From: Guillardia theta CCMP2712
Taxonomy: Eukaryota > Protista > Cryptophyta
Direction of reading: 5' to 3'
DNA: 64,000 nucleotides
Assembly (NCBI RefSeq): GCF_000315625.1
Contig: NW_005434628.1
Location: 519,385 to 583,384, forward strand
Part shown: in pieces, positions 47,082 to 60,346 of the stretch
Position numbering within the stretch: the first letter of the stretch is position 1
Layout: every line of letters starts with the position of its first letter
Program-made: the position numbers and the translations under genes
Notes under the pieces: model-generated
The model's input: only the letters and a program-made list of their open reading frames with translations
What the model was told of the DNA's origin: nothing
The model's database searches: none

Positions 47082-49568
47082 CTGCCAGGACGGCCAAGTT
47101 TTGCTACAGCGCTTCTAGGATTGAGATGCCCAAGGTGGATGACCAGGTAGAAGACCAGGTTGCCTCCTTCCTTGTTGGCCCCGCCGTTGTCATTACTACT
47201 GTTCAGCATTATGTGTTGTAAAGACGCTAAAACTATTTAGTTCTGTTGGTCATCAATAGGTCCGCCAATGCATTCTATTCGTGGTTGGCCGCGGTCGGAG
47301 CTCCGGCATGGGCGCCGTGACACGCGATCATTAGGCAACTCACAGTAAAGGTCCAGTACTTTTTTAGAGTTGTTTTAGAGTAGTAATAATCAACGACTGT
47401 CTCAGTTAAGTGAAAAATCAGTACGAGGACACTCTCAGTGTGTGTATACAGCCGTTAACTAACGTACCGTCACGGGCCCCGCGGCCGGGACTGAGTATGA
47501 GTCAAGTTAGTTGGACTCACCGTGGCATCACCCTGACCGTCACCGGCGTGGCACTGCGGCACGCCGTCGGACAGTCGAATCACATTATCGGATGCCTACA
47601 GTATCATGTCACTTGAGTTAGTGTAGCTCCAGGCCTCCCTCAGTGTCCTGCGCTGCCATCACAGAGTCGCGGGGCGGTGCATTCCGGTATCATGGTATCA
47701 CGTTTTTGGCATTCCGAGGCTTCGGCCACAGCCCGCGGCCGGGCGCTGGCCGACCGTACATCGCCGCTCAGCCGACATCCCGCCGGCGGCGCGGCGCGCG
47801 GCCGGCCGCCGGCCCGGACCGGAAGTTCATTGAAACCGTACCGTTGAACTTCAAGCGAGTCAACGGACAATTCCCGGCCGCCGGGCGGGAATCGGATCTC
47901 TTCCTTTACTCAAATCTCATTGAATTGGGCCTGCGCGCACCGTCACTGTTAATTGAACTTGGAAGGTTCGCCGGGCCCGAACGCCGTCGGAAGGCCGCGG
48001 CGGCTGAGAGTCCGAGCGGAGTCACACACCCGGAGATGCCAAGTTCGGTATCGGGGATGGGTATGATACTTGTTACGGTTATGGAGTGGTAGCCAGCTTG
48101 GGGTAGCTGTCGCCATGTCCTCTTGAAGCTCTCCCACCCAGCTTCCCTGGGGAGGTGAAGGAGCCTGGCAAAGGGTTTTCTTCTGCTAGCATCTTGTCCT
48201 CTATGGCATGTAGAGTTGATATTGTCCCCGGTTTTGTCTTGTTGTCGATCATTTCCCAGCTAATTGTTGTCTTCATTCTCTCTGCTATCCATAGTGCAAT
48301 TCTTTCGGGGCCCCTGACCTCGTCATTTTGCTTTGTAGTTGAGCTATCGTTTGGCACCCCCACTGGGTACACCAAGCCTTTCACTAAGTAATACCCTAAA
48401 CCCGTAAACGGAGAGAGAGAGAGAAGAGAAGACAGGACCCCATGCTTTATATACAGCCTGATAACCAGGGGTAGTATTGCCCCCCGGGCCCCCCGAGGAT
48501 GCTTCCTCTGGTCCGATTCCATCAAATATTCAGTGACGGGCCGGCGTAATGGAGTACCGTACCGTTGCTCCAAAACAGTTACAATTTATCACTGAGTCTC
48601 GGCTCGGCAAGTCTGGGCTCTAATACGATCATTTGGCGGGCCCGGCGTGCTGAGCACACAGTAAAGTGCTATTGGCACGGTGACCTGGTCAGGGTCGAGG
48701 CCCAGTACTGTCATATAAAAGTTAAGTGTCTGACAGATGCCGGACACGAGCATAAGGTCTTGTCCGGCAGGGAGGGCAAAGTTGAGTAAATATTTTGTCC
48801 TGCATCTTCAATGAATGCCAAATAATACCTTTGGAAAGCAGGGCATGATTTTACTAGGGTACTTGAAGTATTTAGTAGGGGTAGCATAAAAATTATGCTA
48901 CTTATAACAATTCTTATATAACAGATGCCGGACAAACCAATTAGTGCATTAGTTTTACTCAACTTTGGAACCTCTAATTGCTCCTACCCCCTTGCCCTGC
49001 ACTGTCCGATCTTATAGAAATGTGTGGCCCCACCACCCCACCCCCTTCCACAAACAGCTTCGCGCCATTCATGGCTTCTTCACACACATGCTTGTTTGGC
49101 AATCAATGCAAGGTACATGATGAAAGCATTCGATTGTATCAATGCTGAAGATGCAAGCCTGATGTGCCATCATCTTTGCGTGAATGAATATGTTGATTCG
49201 GAAGGATACACCAGCTGTGAGTGTGAGCAACGTGGGAAAACAGCCATTCCATCAATTCCTCAAGATGCACTTGCTTGCAAGAAGTCATGTAGAAGGATCT
49301 AATCATGGCACAGAGTGGATGATGATGATGATGATGTGATTTTGATGATGCTGAGGAGGTGGTGGTGGTGGAGCACGAGCTGGAGCACATGCAACAGGAC
49401 GAGGACGAGGAGAGGACGAGGACCGTACGGAGAAGAAGGGTGCCTTTGGGGAATGGAATCTGTAAGAGATTGGATGGGAAAGAGATTGGATCTGTAAGAG
49501 ATTGGTCAACCCGAAGACCTCCTCTTGGAATTCTGTAAGCCAACTGATTACTTGTGTGAGAAGAGAGC

Positions 49569-50520
49569 ATGTTGCTTGTCAGCTTCGGAGTTGAGCACGA
49601 AATCGCAGTCCAACCCCTGAGAAGATCAAGAGTTGCTGGCAAGACGGGGGTTGGTTTCTTTGTACATGAGGAAATGCTCGCACCAGCAAATGTCTTCGTT
49701 GCTGATAATGAAGCAAAAAGCTACTTGAAGTTTCAGTCAAACATGTCTCTAAGGTCTGGCGTCAGGCATGTTTACAGAAGGAACAACCACTCAAAGACTT
49801 TCGGTGGAAGATTGATACAACCATATATTGGAGTCCTACAAAGGTCTTCATAGATGAGGCGGCAGATGGTGTCACGAAACTCAGCTCGGGAAAGGATGCA
49901 AATCCGTTGACGGAAGAGAATTACATATGCATCTGCATAGGCATAAGAAGATAGGATCGTGGGCAGCCTGACATATGTCACATTGAGTTGGGATGTCATC
50001 TGTAGATCCGTGAATACGGTTCAGATCCTGCTGCATGCAACACATCTGATGGCAAGATGATCATATGTTCGTTGGTGTTCCGAGCCTGGAGGATTTGAAA
50101 CGCAACATTGCAGAAAACAACGATTCAGTCGCAGGCATGCTGAAGGAGATCCCGGAGATAGGGCAACATGCGACAGAACACCAGGAACAGGAAGAGGAAC
50201 CTGACCTCGGAGACGTAAAAGCTGGCGCACTGCTGAATCGGAGCACTGTACAGTGTGTCAATGGCGATCGAGCTGGCGTTCGTCACACTGTGACTCAGAC
50301 TGATCAAGCTGATCTGAAAACGATTCGAATTTCTGGTGAAGCGAAATGTTTCAACAGTGCATGGAATCTGTATCACTCTGGCAAACATGCCAAAGGGATA
50401 CCTCCTTCGGAGAAACTGCAACGAGCAAATTTTAACAGAGCATGAAGCAAATGGTTTGCAGGCATAGCTTATCTCATGAAGTGCTTTGACCAATTCATCC
50501 GGCGAAGTGTAATGGAACTG
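49569..50520 (+). mobile_element. Decayed Crypton-like tyrosine-recombinase transposon remnant
   Basis: Frameshifted pieces in the expected order: SLRSGVRHVYR, SSGKDANPLTEENYICIC, LTYVTLSWDVICRSVNTVQI and AWNLYHSGKHAKGIPP. Similarity is recalled, not computed. Confidence 0.5.
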
Positions 50521-51228
50521 AATTCCTTCTTTTTTATAGTCGGTGAGAATCTTTGATGTTTTTAAGGCCGAGATGAAACATTCAAGAAATATCCAAAGGA
50601 TTTCATCTCGTGGCTCAATCAGAGAGAAGGGGCAGAGAGCTCAAGTGATAGGAGTGGGCAGTTTGCACAGGCAACGTACTTCAAGAAAATGCGAAAGAAA
50701 GAAGCAACGCGACTAGATGAGATCAGGTGGTCGTTCGAAATGCGAATGATAACGAGACTGATGGCTTAGATTTTGCCTGTAATTGGATGGTTTAAGGTTT
50801 GCAAAACATATAATTCATTGTCAAGTGACAGTGAGTGATATCATAAGTTGTAATAAACACAAGTTGCTCTGGTAAATCTTGTGAAACCTCGTTAGACGTT
50901 GCTCAGTTCTGGGTCAAGCAGCGAGATGGAGCTCAGAAATTTGGCTAAGTGTTTTTGAGTCTTGGACCTCTGAGGCGGGTGTGTAAGTGTTTGAGGGTAG
51001 GGAGGGTGGGTGGGTGAGGTCCTAAACTGGTCTTTGGGTGGGGTAGGGGTCATATTCGGAAGAAGTTTATGTGAATGAGCACTAAACCTCTCAAAAAACT
51101 ACAAAAGTGTATATATTTGTCCGGACTATATCTTACACCTCTAAGTTAAAAAGAAAGCGGCTAATGCACATGAGATGAGCCAGGGATATTGAAGTCCTTC
51201 AGTACGCGCTGAAAGAGTGTAGGTAGAC

Positions 51229-52430
51229 ATGCAGAGAAACATGTTCTTCGTGATGTATCTCATACTAAGCATCATCCCTCTGCATGGTGAATCAACACAG
51301 TGTTCTCCATTCATCTTGCCAATGCCGAAGAGAATCGTTGCTGTCGGAGATTTGCATGGAGACATTCATGCGACAAGGCAGGCCTTGCGACTAGCTGGGG
51401 TTTTGCATATGAAGCGAGATGAATGGATCGGAGGAGATACATTCCTGGTGCAGGTAGAGTATGTGTTTCCTTGAGAATGATTGACGTGACAAGTATAAAC
51501 AGGTTGGAGATCAAGTTGATAGGGGGGATGATGAAATTCAGGTGATGTCGCTTTTGCATCGCTTGGGCAAGCAAGCGCGAGCCGAAGGAGGGAGGGTTGA
51601 GGTTCTTGTCGGGAACCATGAGCTAATGAGCGCACAAGGAAACTTCAGATACGCCACCAAGGGAGCTATGAGGAACTTTCAAAGGTGGTCGAGTATATGT
51701 CGTATCAAACGATTGATGCCACCTTTCTTGTCACGTCATTTTGGTTGTGATATCTACCATGGCATGGAGGATTGTGGAGATGATAGTATATGCACTCGGA
51801 GGCTAGACAAACTTGAATCTGACGCTCGTGCAAGATATCTTTCCTTGAGATCTGGAGGGACGTTTGCATCAAAGTTTCTCGCCGAAGAGCGAAAGGCAAT
51901 CCTGATTGTTGGTGACACGGTGTTTGTGCATGCTGGTCTCCTTCACAAACACTTTAAAGGAGAGATATCATCGACGGAAGCAATCAATGTATTGAATCAA
52001 GAGGTGGCTGCCTTCTTGAAAGGCGAAAGGCGAGCTCCTCCTTCAAAAACATGGGGGAATGATGGAATATTGTGGACTCGACGATTCTCAAAGATCGATT
52101 TGTGTACGGACACTTGCAAACAACTTAAGAAAACCCTAAATCGACTTCCAGGAAACGTGAGGAGAATGGTGGTGAGTGTTCTTTCCTTGTGAAATTTCCT
52201 TCAATGCCGGTTTCTGTCAGGTCGGACACAGCGTACAGCGAGATGGTATCAGTCCTGCTTGTGATGCATCGGTTTGGCGGATTGACGTTGGTATGAGCAA
52301 GGGCGTTCTAGCAACTTCTCCGCAGGTATCTCAGATTTTGGTTGAAAATCTCTCTCATGCTGATCCACAGGTGCTTGAAATCAAGCAAGATGGCAGCGTG
52401 AACATCCTTGGAAAATCGATTGAGACTTGA
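51229..52430 (+). CDS. Shewanella-like PPP metallophosphoesterase (SLP/Shelph), 4 exons
   Basis: GDLHGD, VQ|VGDQVDRG, GNHE, VFVHAG, GILWTR, MV|VGHS and RIDVGMSKG (SLP-type I-D-x-G motif). Hydrophobic N-terminus. Confidence 0.9.
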
Positions 52431-52835
52431 GAATCATCCGATGGATATGGTTTTGCTAGAATCAAATTTGAATCATGAATAGTTTGTGGATGATTGTTTT
52501 TGAGTAATTTGACATGTGAAAGTCTCTGCAACTACTGCATGGGTAATGTTGATTTCCTGATTCTACGCAAGCCGAGGAGCTATTTGATGTTGCAATCGAT
52601 GCTGTATGACAATTTTCAGATTGTTTGACGAATTCAAAGAATCCAAACTTGAATAGTCGAGTTGGCACACAGTTACGTTTCAGTGCATTTCCTGATGTGT
52701 TCAAGGATATCTTCTGGCATTTTCATGAGAGAACTGAGTGATGCATTCAGTTTGGAATGAGTGATCGTCAGGAGGGGGTAGATCAATATGATTTCTAATT
52801 GCATAGAAATCTCTACATTGCAGTATGATAACCAT

Positions 52836-53006
52836 TTAGGGGTTGTTCATAGTGCCACTCCAATTACCAGCCTCGGAGATCACAGCAGGGGCAGCGTTGC
52901 ATGCAACATCCCCAGCAACGCAGGAGTAAGCCTCGATCTCAGAGTGGGTGTAGGTAGACATCTCCACGGGACCACTCCAGTACTTGGAGACGGTAGGGGT
53001 CACGTC
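52836..53006 (-). CDS. Possible last exon of a small hypothetical protein
   Basis: GC-richer open frame after CAG: DVTPTVSKYWSGPVEMSTYTHSEIEAYSCVAGDVACNAAPAVISEAGNWSGTMNNP*. Confidence 0.3.
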   Translation of the reverse strand, partial: DVTPTVSKYWSGPVEMSTYTHSEIEAYSCVAGDVACNAAPAVISEAGNWSGTMNNP

Positions 53007-53388
53007 TGAGGTGAAAGATTACATGGTTTCACTTTGCAGCCAACTTTCGCAGTTTTACCATTGAAGAGGGAAACGTAGCAGCGAATGTCCTGAAACATTC
53101 TGAAAAGAACAGTCATTCTTGCAAGATATCAAGGTAGGGTGACAAGACAAATGGATGAAATGAAACATGTGATATTTGATGAGTTGATTGAAATTCAAAA
53201 ACATTGTGCTTACGTTTCCAAACAAAAAATGATGAGTGTGCTTGTACAACAGTTTTGTTCAACAATGATATTGTATTGGAATGCTGCCCTCACTCTTTCA
53301 CCTTTGACACGGTTGTCCGTCTGATCTCGCTCTTATTTGTCTACCTCTACAAGCTGTTTGTGATAAACTTATAGCTCAGGACTGTAGA

Positions 53389-54071
53389 AGGGTTTAGGGT
53401 TTGCCCGTGTATTTCAGGCACTATGGCTCCGCGCCAGGTGTAGGGGAAGCCGCCAGGGCGCGGAGGAAGCTGCAAGCAAAGGTTTGGTATAGTTCAAACA
53501 GCCTTCTAAGTTTGGTTTTTCAGTTTGATGAAAGTGTTCGCAACCTGCTGTATCGGAGATCATGCCAATACACGCAGGGGAGCTTGTAGATGCCTCGACG
53601 GTCCTCGTAGCTGATCTGGTCGAGGATGCACCCCAACGGCTATCGCAAAAGCCATACGCTCGACATGTCAGCAGGCACGACGTGTTACACTCTCTGGATG
53701 CGATGGAGTGACGCATCCAGATAGTGGTTTATGCAGCAGATGAAGGAAGCCAAGAAGCAGAAGGTCGAGACATACACTGCCACAGCAGGCAACGAGGTGA
53801 CTTCCTTCATCTCCATGACTCTCCTGGGTATCTCCTCGGTGTATGTCAACCACGAAGAGAAGCTGAAGAAGAAGTTCCGAAGAGATCGGACTGATCGTAG
53901 ACTCAGTGCAAGAGAGTAAAGCGATCATGTGGAAGGCTCCGTATCACGGCATAGATCCGAGATAGCGAGTGCTGATGAGATCCCGGTGACTGTTTCCTTC
54001 CTCCGCAATGCACAAGCGGAGAAGCTCTGGCAGGGAAGAGAGGACTTCAAGATCGACGGTCGCAAGTTCAC
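53389..54071 (+). mobile_element. Truncated, frameshifted copy of the telomere-repeat-headed element
   Basis: AGGGTTTAGGGTTT followed by sequence colinear with ~61741-62474, with internal deletions. Confidence 0.8.
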
Positions 54072-54667
54072 CGTACGGTCCGCCGTGCCGTGACTCCGAT
54101 CACTCGATGATGTCATCAATTCGAGCCTGCCGAGCTCGGAGCCAAGAGAGTGCAGTATGTCAAAGTGTAACTTGCAGACATCATATTTGAAGGCAATGCC
54201 TTCAGCCTGGCAGTCATCAGGGTTGTCACACATCCTTTTCTTCTTCGTGTGTGGAGAGAGCGACACAGAGAGCGACACTGGAAATCACACACACAGGCGG
54301 ACTCCGAGTCAGCCGCTGAGCGGCCCGGAGTCACTCAGAGTCACACTGCCAGGCTGACTCACGTTGGCAGGCCTAAAAGTTCCGAGGGTATCCGTTACAA
54401 CAATTTATTGTAACGGCGGTCCGATGGTCTCGCCGAGGAACGTGCCCTACCCCACCCGGGTCGAACCCATCACATTGATTATTCAGTGGGTGGGTGGGGG
54501 TGAGAGGAAAAGGTTTTATGGAATCTGTCTAGTGGGTAGGGTGATCATCACACCGGTCAATTACAGTCAACTAAAAGGTCTGGCACAAGGGTGGGTGTTT
54601 TGAGTTGGGATCCTTGAAACCGTGCAAAGTCGTATGAGAGGGTAGGGTCGTCGAGGAAGAACGAGCC

Positions 54668-55430
54668 ATGGCGGTGATCAAATCAACAGGAGTCGACGTG
54701 CGAAACCTGATGTACAGGATGGTATTCCGACGAACATCCACGACCCTCATCTTCGTGATGGGTGAGTATACCGACCCATGCTTTTGTTGTATGCCGCTTT
54801 GTCCATCTCAATCGCGTGAACTTGTTCATTTTCCTAACGCCTCTGCTTGCTTCCACGCATGCAGCCACACCTGCATGTAACCAATCCCCTTAGTTTTCTT
54901 AAAATGCTTTCGAACTCTTTTGAGATTTTGTTACACGATTCATCTCTACCCTGATCGTCTTCCTTTCCAAGCGTCCCCCCCTCTCTCCCTCGCTCTTTTT
55001 GTCTTAGTATTCATGAATTTGGAAAATTGAGACTGAATGATCAATCAATTGTGCTGTATTATTCATCATTACGTTTTGCTTGCAATTGCAACTTTCAACA
55101 AAATCAAGAAAAGCTCTTGTGATGACGTGCATGAAAAAGCTCCGATTGGGCATAGGACATCGTGTAGCACATGGTCTTGAAGATTGATTTAATGTAGATT
55201 GTTGTTTTATCAGTGCACCAGATGCTTGCACTGGCTTTACGTTTGGGCAACCCGTATTGATATTTCACAGGTGGAGCAATCGCAGGAGAATGGGCATTGA
55301 ATAAGGTATTTGATGATCTCTGGGAGAGAGCCAACAAGGGGGTGAGACGCTCCAAAGCATTTGTGATGATACCTTATCAATTCATTCTCAGAAATTGGCG
55401 CATCATCAACCGTGGTTTCAAGCCAAGTAG
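54668..55430 (+). CDS. QCR9: Cytochrome bc1 complex subunit 9 (QCR9/UQCR10); exons 54668-54761, 55271-55341, 55392-55430
   Basis: Spliced product MAVIKSTGVDVRNLMYRMVFRRTSTTLIFVMGGAIAGEWALNKVFDDLWERANKGKLAHHQPWFQAK* matches the UCR_UQCRX_QCR9 pattern (Y…FRR.S…GA…E…W…NKGK). Confidence 0.85.
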
Positions 55431-55617
55431 TCTTTTCAATCTTATGGCTTAGCGGTATGCACTTCACTTCTCGCAATAAACGACGATTTGTCTGGGAGTT
55501 TCTTTGCTTCTGATTTTTCCCAAACTAAGTCTTCCCATATTTTGCCATGTTTAATATGTTGTTGTGACGTGAAGCCACCATTATTCCATCCAAAAAAAAT
55601 TGGTTTAAAGTCAATAG

Positions 55618-58600
55618 TTAAAGTATAGTAAGGTTTATGCTAGTAACAGGAGCTCGTACAAGCTTACAATCCTTCGTCCATGTCATGCACAGAGCTGGGT
55701 GTCTGAAAGCTCGCAAATTAGCAGCTCTCAACAGCATACAGTCACCACACCTGCTTGGAAGATTCTGAGGATTGAGCGCGGCTGAAATCGAAGAGAGAAG
55801 CAGGAAGGAATCGCTGAAATACACCGAGGACAAGCGAAACGGAACCTGAAAGCTATCTCAACACAACCAACGACAGATAGCCACTCCGCATCTACCAATG
55901 GCAAGGCACAGAACCCAATCATATACGTCAATTGGAACTGTTCGGAAAACTTGTCCTCCATAGTTGACAGACAAGACCTACAAACCGCCATGCCTATGAT
56001 ATTGAGAAGCTCGGTTGCAATTGTGTTACCTGGACAATGGCGCAGAAAGTCCAGATTCCAACAAAAATAGGATTCTTCAGAACTCCATCAATCATATTGA
56101 GCTCGTTGTAAATCCGGCGGCAGTTAATTTCGTTAAAAAGCTGTAGAGATTGAGGCTACATTTTCTTCAATTCAAAGCATCACCTGCATCCAAACAAACG
56201 AGTTGTAGATCACAGTATCTCTGTAATTTCCGTTCGTGTTCTTTCCTTGTCCATTGGGCTACATCTTGATTTCACAAACAAGAAGGACAAACAGAACCAT
56301 TCATACCAACAGCGGAACACATCCAGGCACCTTGGAATCTGAATGCTCGGAAAAATTAGTACATTTGAGGATAACAAACAGAATCACCGTTGGTGCAATC
56401 TACCAAGAAAGAAGCTCCAGCCCAAAGCAATGAAAGCTGAATGACCAGTTGAAAGATGGACTGAATGTTCTCAGTAAGAGGATCTCTTGATATGTCACGG
56501 TGTTTGGCAACCTGAACTGTGATATTTCGCCACATGTACGAGTTGAGCAGTTTGTCGTTCCTTCCATATGGCTTTCCTGTTGAAGACGTCTGAGAACGAT
56601 GAATGCATTACAGATGTAATTACTGTCAAGTAGATCTGGGGTTGGTTCTTCTGTTGCCAATGCTAGTGCTCCGAATGTGTCCATGATCAAATTCACCCAC
56701 AAGAGCTATTGACTGAGTCAGAACACTCGTTGCAGCACAATCATATTGTCATGAACCTGAACTGGCTTCAAAGGAGTGCCAAAACCAGTCACAGCGCCGA
56801 CCATACAGATTCCAAGGGCGACGACATTCACCTTGTCACCTTGTCAACATTAAATGCTTTTCATGAGAAACGTACCGTCAGCTGAAATTGCAAAAATCGT
56901 CTAATATTATCATAGACTGAGCGTCCCCACATAACCGACTAAATGAACAAATAGCATTACATGAATAGAAGTAGAAATGATCGTGCACTACCTTCTCGAT
57001 GGATGAGAAATTGTCGTCCATGATTACTATATCGGAAGCCTGATGGACAAAGCTTGAGTTCACGACTTTGAGCTTCAACACGACCTCTTGCGCAACAGCC
57101 GTTCCCGAGATTCCCATGGACAGGCCGACATCCGCTTCCTTGAGAGCTAACGAATTCTTAAGTTCCAATTTGAAACTTTTTGCAAGTAAGTTGAACCTGG
57201 AGCATCATTGGTGCCATCTCCTGTGACAGCAACGACCTTTCGAATACATCTCTTACTGTCTAAATGTCGAGGAGAACATAACTTACCTCTCCCATCTCCT
57301 TCAACCTTTGCACAAGAGTGAATTTATCCTGAGGACTGCATCGCGCCAAAACCTTTCAATCAAGTAACCATCAGTGAACGACTGTAGAGCCAAGGAAGAA
57401 CCTGAAGGGTTTGGATTTCGCCGTTGGGAAGTTCTTTCACTTGAAGAGCTTCTCGTTGTACCTGAGAAGGAAAACAAAGTGAATTCATTCGTGGGTAAAT
57501 TCTGAATCAAAACCTCTGGAGAAAGCCTACGGAACATGGGCCCTTCCATGGCAGTCCCTTCCATCGTCAGGATTCCACATTCCTGAGGATAAAGAATGAG
57601 GATTATTGTACAAGCGTCAACACCTAGGACCTTGGCAATGTTCTTTGCAGTGAGCAAACTATCGCCAGTGCACATTCTCACGACGATACCTTGGAAAAAA
57701 GTCCTCTTCAGAAGAAATTTCGCAGGACATGGACAGTAGGCACCAGCTCGTCGACATTTCTTCACAGCATCCGTTACTTCCTTCCTAAGTGGATCTTTGA
57801 TTCCGCAGATACATACGCAAACCAGCTCCTTTTCCAACGCGTCCGAACCCTCTGCATATCTAAAGCAGGTGTAAACCTTTACCGTACACTCTCAGAGAGA
57901 ATTTACGTTGGTATCGCTTCATTTTCAGCAAGCTCTCTATATGCGCATGTTAAGGTTCTCAATCCCTGAATGCAATTGTAAGGTAGTCAAAGTCATGAAA
58001 AAATTACCTGTGAAGCCATCTTTGAAATATATTGCATTACTCGTCCCCGAAGCTCATCCGGAAATGGCTTTACAACTCCATCATGATCGACATACTTGTC
58101 ACAAATTTGCAACATAACTTCTGATGCACCCTTCGTGAATAGCCTCTTTTTTTCACCATTCTGGACGATCGTGCTCATTCTTTTCTTCAAAGATGAAAAC
58201 GGATAAGAACGAACAACAGGATACTTATCTCTGATTGAACGATAATCTAATCCAAGAGTGCGAAGGAAAAAAAGAAGTGCTCCTTCTGTTTTGTTGCCGA
58301 TGATTGTCGGGTTACCACGTTTGCCATCAATTCCAATGTTTGCCTTCGAGTTACAGGCGATCGACTCAGCAATAATGCTGACTGCGTTGGTTGACAATGC
58401 CGGGCCAGGTCCAGCTGGATTGGGCAAGTCGCCTTCACTTGCCCATCCAGCGAAGTACCCATCGGTCACAGTCATTTGATTCTGTGTCAACGTCCCTGTC
58501 TTGTCCGAGCAGATATTGGTACAACCTCCCATTGTTTCGCAAGCGGCCATCACTCTCACCAGATTCTTGTCCCTTTGCATCTTCTTCACTGAGTACGCAA

Positions 58601-60346
58601 GTGCAATGGTAACTGCAAGTGGTAGCCCTTCAGGCACTGCGACCACTATGATGGTAACTGAATCGATGAAAAAGCTAACAAGATCTTTCAGTTTGACGAA
58701 ATTCCAGTTTTGAAACGAAGTCATCCAGAAGCATCGATATTTCCCAACTACTGTATTGACACATTGAATTTTGTCATTGAGGCCGGGATAACCCAATTGG
58801 CAATTCTCTCGAGGAGAGGGATTTCCAGCATCATCGGGATAGAAGCAAGTCTCTCTTCCCAAATCGATAAACCATATGACCAACTGGGCAAGAAAACACA
58901 AAATTGCCACTAATGTGCCCATCTTACCAATATCCTCTGCCAGGACAGTCAATTTCTCTTGCAATGGTGTTTCATCCCGTTCAGTGGTGAGTTCTGAAAG
59001 GATTTTCCCCCATTCTGAACGATATCCCACTGCAACGACTAAGAACCAGCAATCGCCACTTGTAACAATGGTTCCGGAGAGAATGAATGGATGATCTTCG
59101 TTCTTCGCAACTTCATCTGATTCGCCAGTCATTGACGACTCATCAACCTTGCAATCATTTCCCTTCACAAACACGCCATCTGCTGGAACCTAGAGGCAAT
59201 TCAGAAGAAAGCAGGGTATGAATATGATGTACTTTAGCTCCAGCTTCGAGGAAAACCAGATCGCCAACCATCAACTGCTCAGCCGACAGCCTGACCTGCA
59301 ATTCACCTTCATTTTGCGAGATATCGTGTCTTGATCAACCTCAATTCCATTTCGCTTCACAGTAACATCACAGTCATCTTGCTGTGCTTGAAGGGCTCGA
59401 AATTGTTTTTCCTTGGCCATCTCGTTCCAAGCAGTGATGTTTCCTACAATCAAGCATGCGATGATAATGGCTGCTCCGTCAAGCCAACTTGAACAAGCTC
59501 TGTCTGAGAAATCTTCTCTGGAAAGATCCACAGGTCCACCCCAAATGGGTTTGCGCGGGCAGGATGCCCCAAGATCAGCAACGCACACGAGCACTCCCAA
59601 AGAGATGCTGGGCTTTCCAGTCAGGCAATCCAAAACGGAGTAGAAGTTCCTTACCTGACGGCTGCAGCAACCAGCAAGATGATGACAGTAGTATCCTGCA
59701 TAGCTTCCAAGAAGAGGCCGATGTATCTACTCCCTTTGTTACCTCTTCGCCAAAAAAGTGCGATCTACACGATTTTGCTTACGTAGGTGGAGGAGGCCTT
59801 TCCACCTTGTTTGCACCATACCTGTTATACGAAAAATCCAAATAACCCATTCGTCAAAGAATTTCCAAGACTTTCTCACTTCAATTTGCGTTGTATGTCA
59901 TCAGAGCCAGTGAGGCCTTGCTTGAGACTTGATCCCAGACCTCTATCACAGGAATGTATCAATGTGCAGCATGCGCTTCAATCAAAAGAAAACCTGGCGA
60001 GGGCCTTAACGCCACCCAGTTCGTCGATTCGAGCCTTGCAATCCAAACTTATGAGACTGAAAACATGTGCAAGACAAGGCCACCTTGTTTTTATCAGATA
60101 CAAGCTCTTCCAGCATTTCACTGCTGAATAGCATGTTCCCAAGGACCTGGCACGAGTTTGTCAGTGCAAAATCATAGTGCTTCTGTCTCTCACATTGTCT
60201 TGGTGTCCCAGCTCATCCATGAACGCAATACCTGCTGCTGCGCTAATGCGTTTGAGGAAAGACGACCCACTGGAGGAGCCCTTGGAAGACTGTGTCTTGC
60301 GAAGAGGTATCAAAGGTTCGTCCATCTCGTGTGACCTTTGGCTCAT
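55618..60346 (-). CDS. P-type Ca2+-transporting ATPase, type IIB (PMCA/ACA-like), many introns
   Basis: [53 protein letters not shown] and [19 protein letters not shown]. The 3' end is approximate. Confidence 0.95.
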
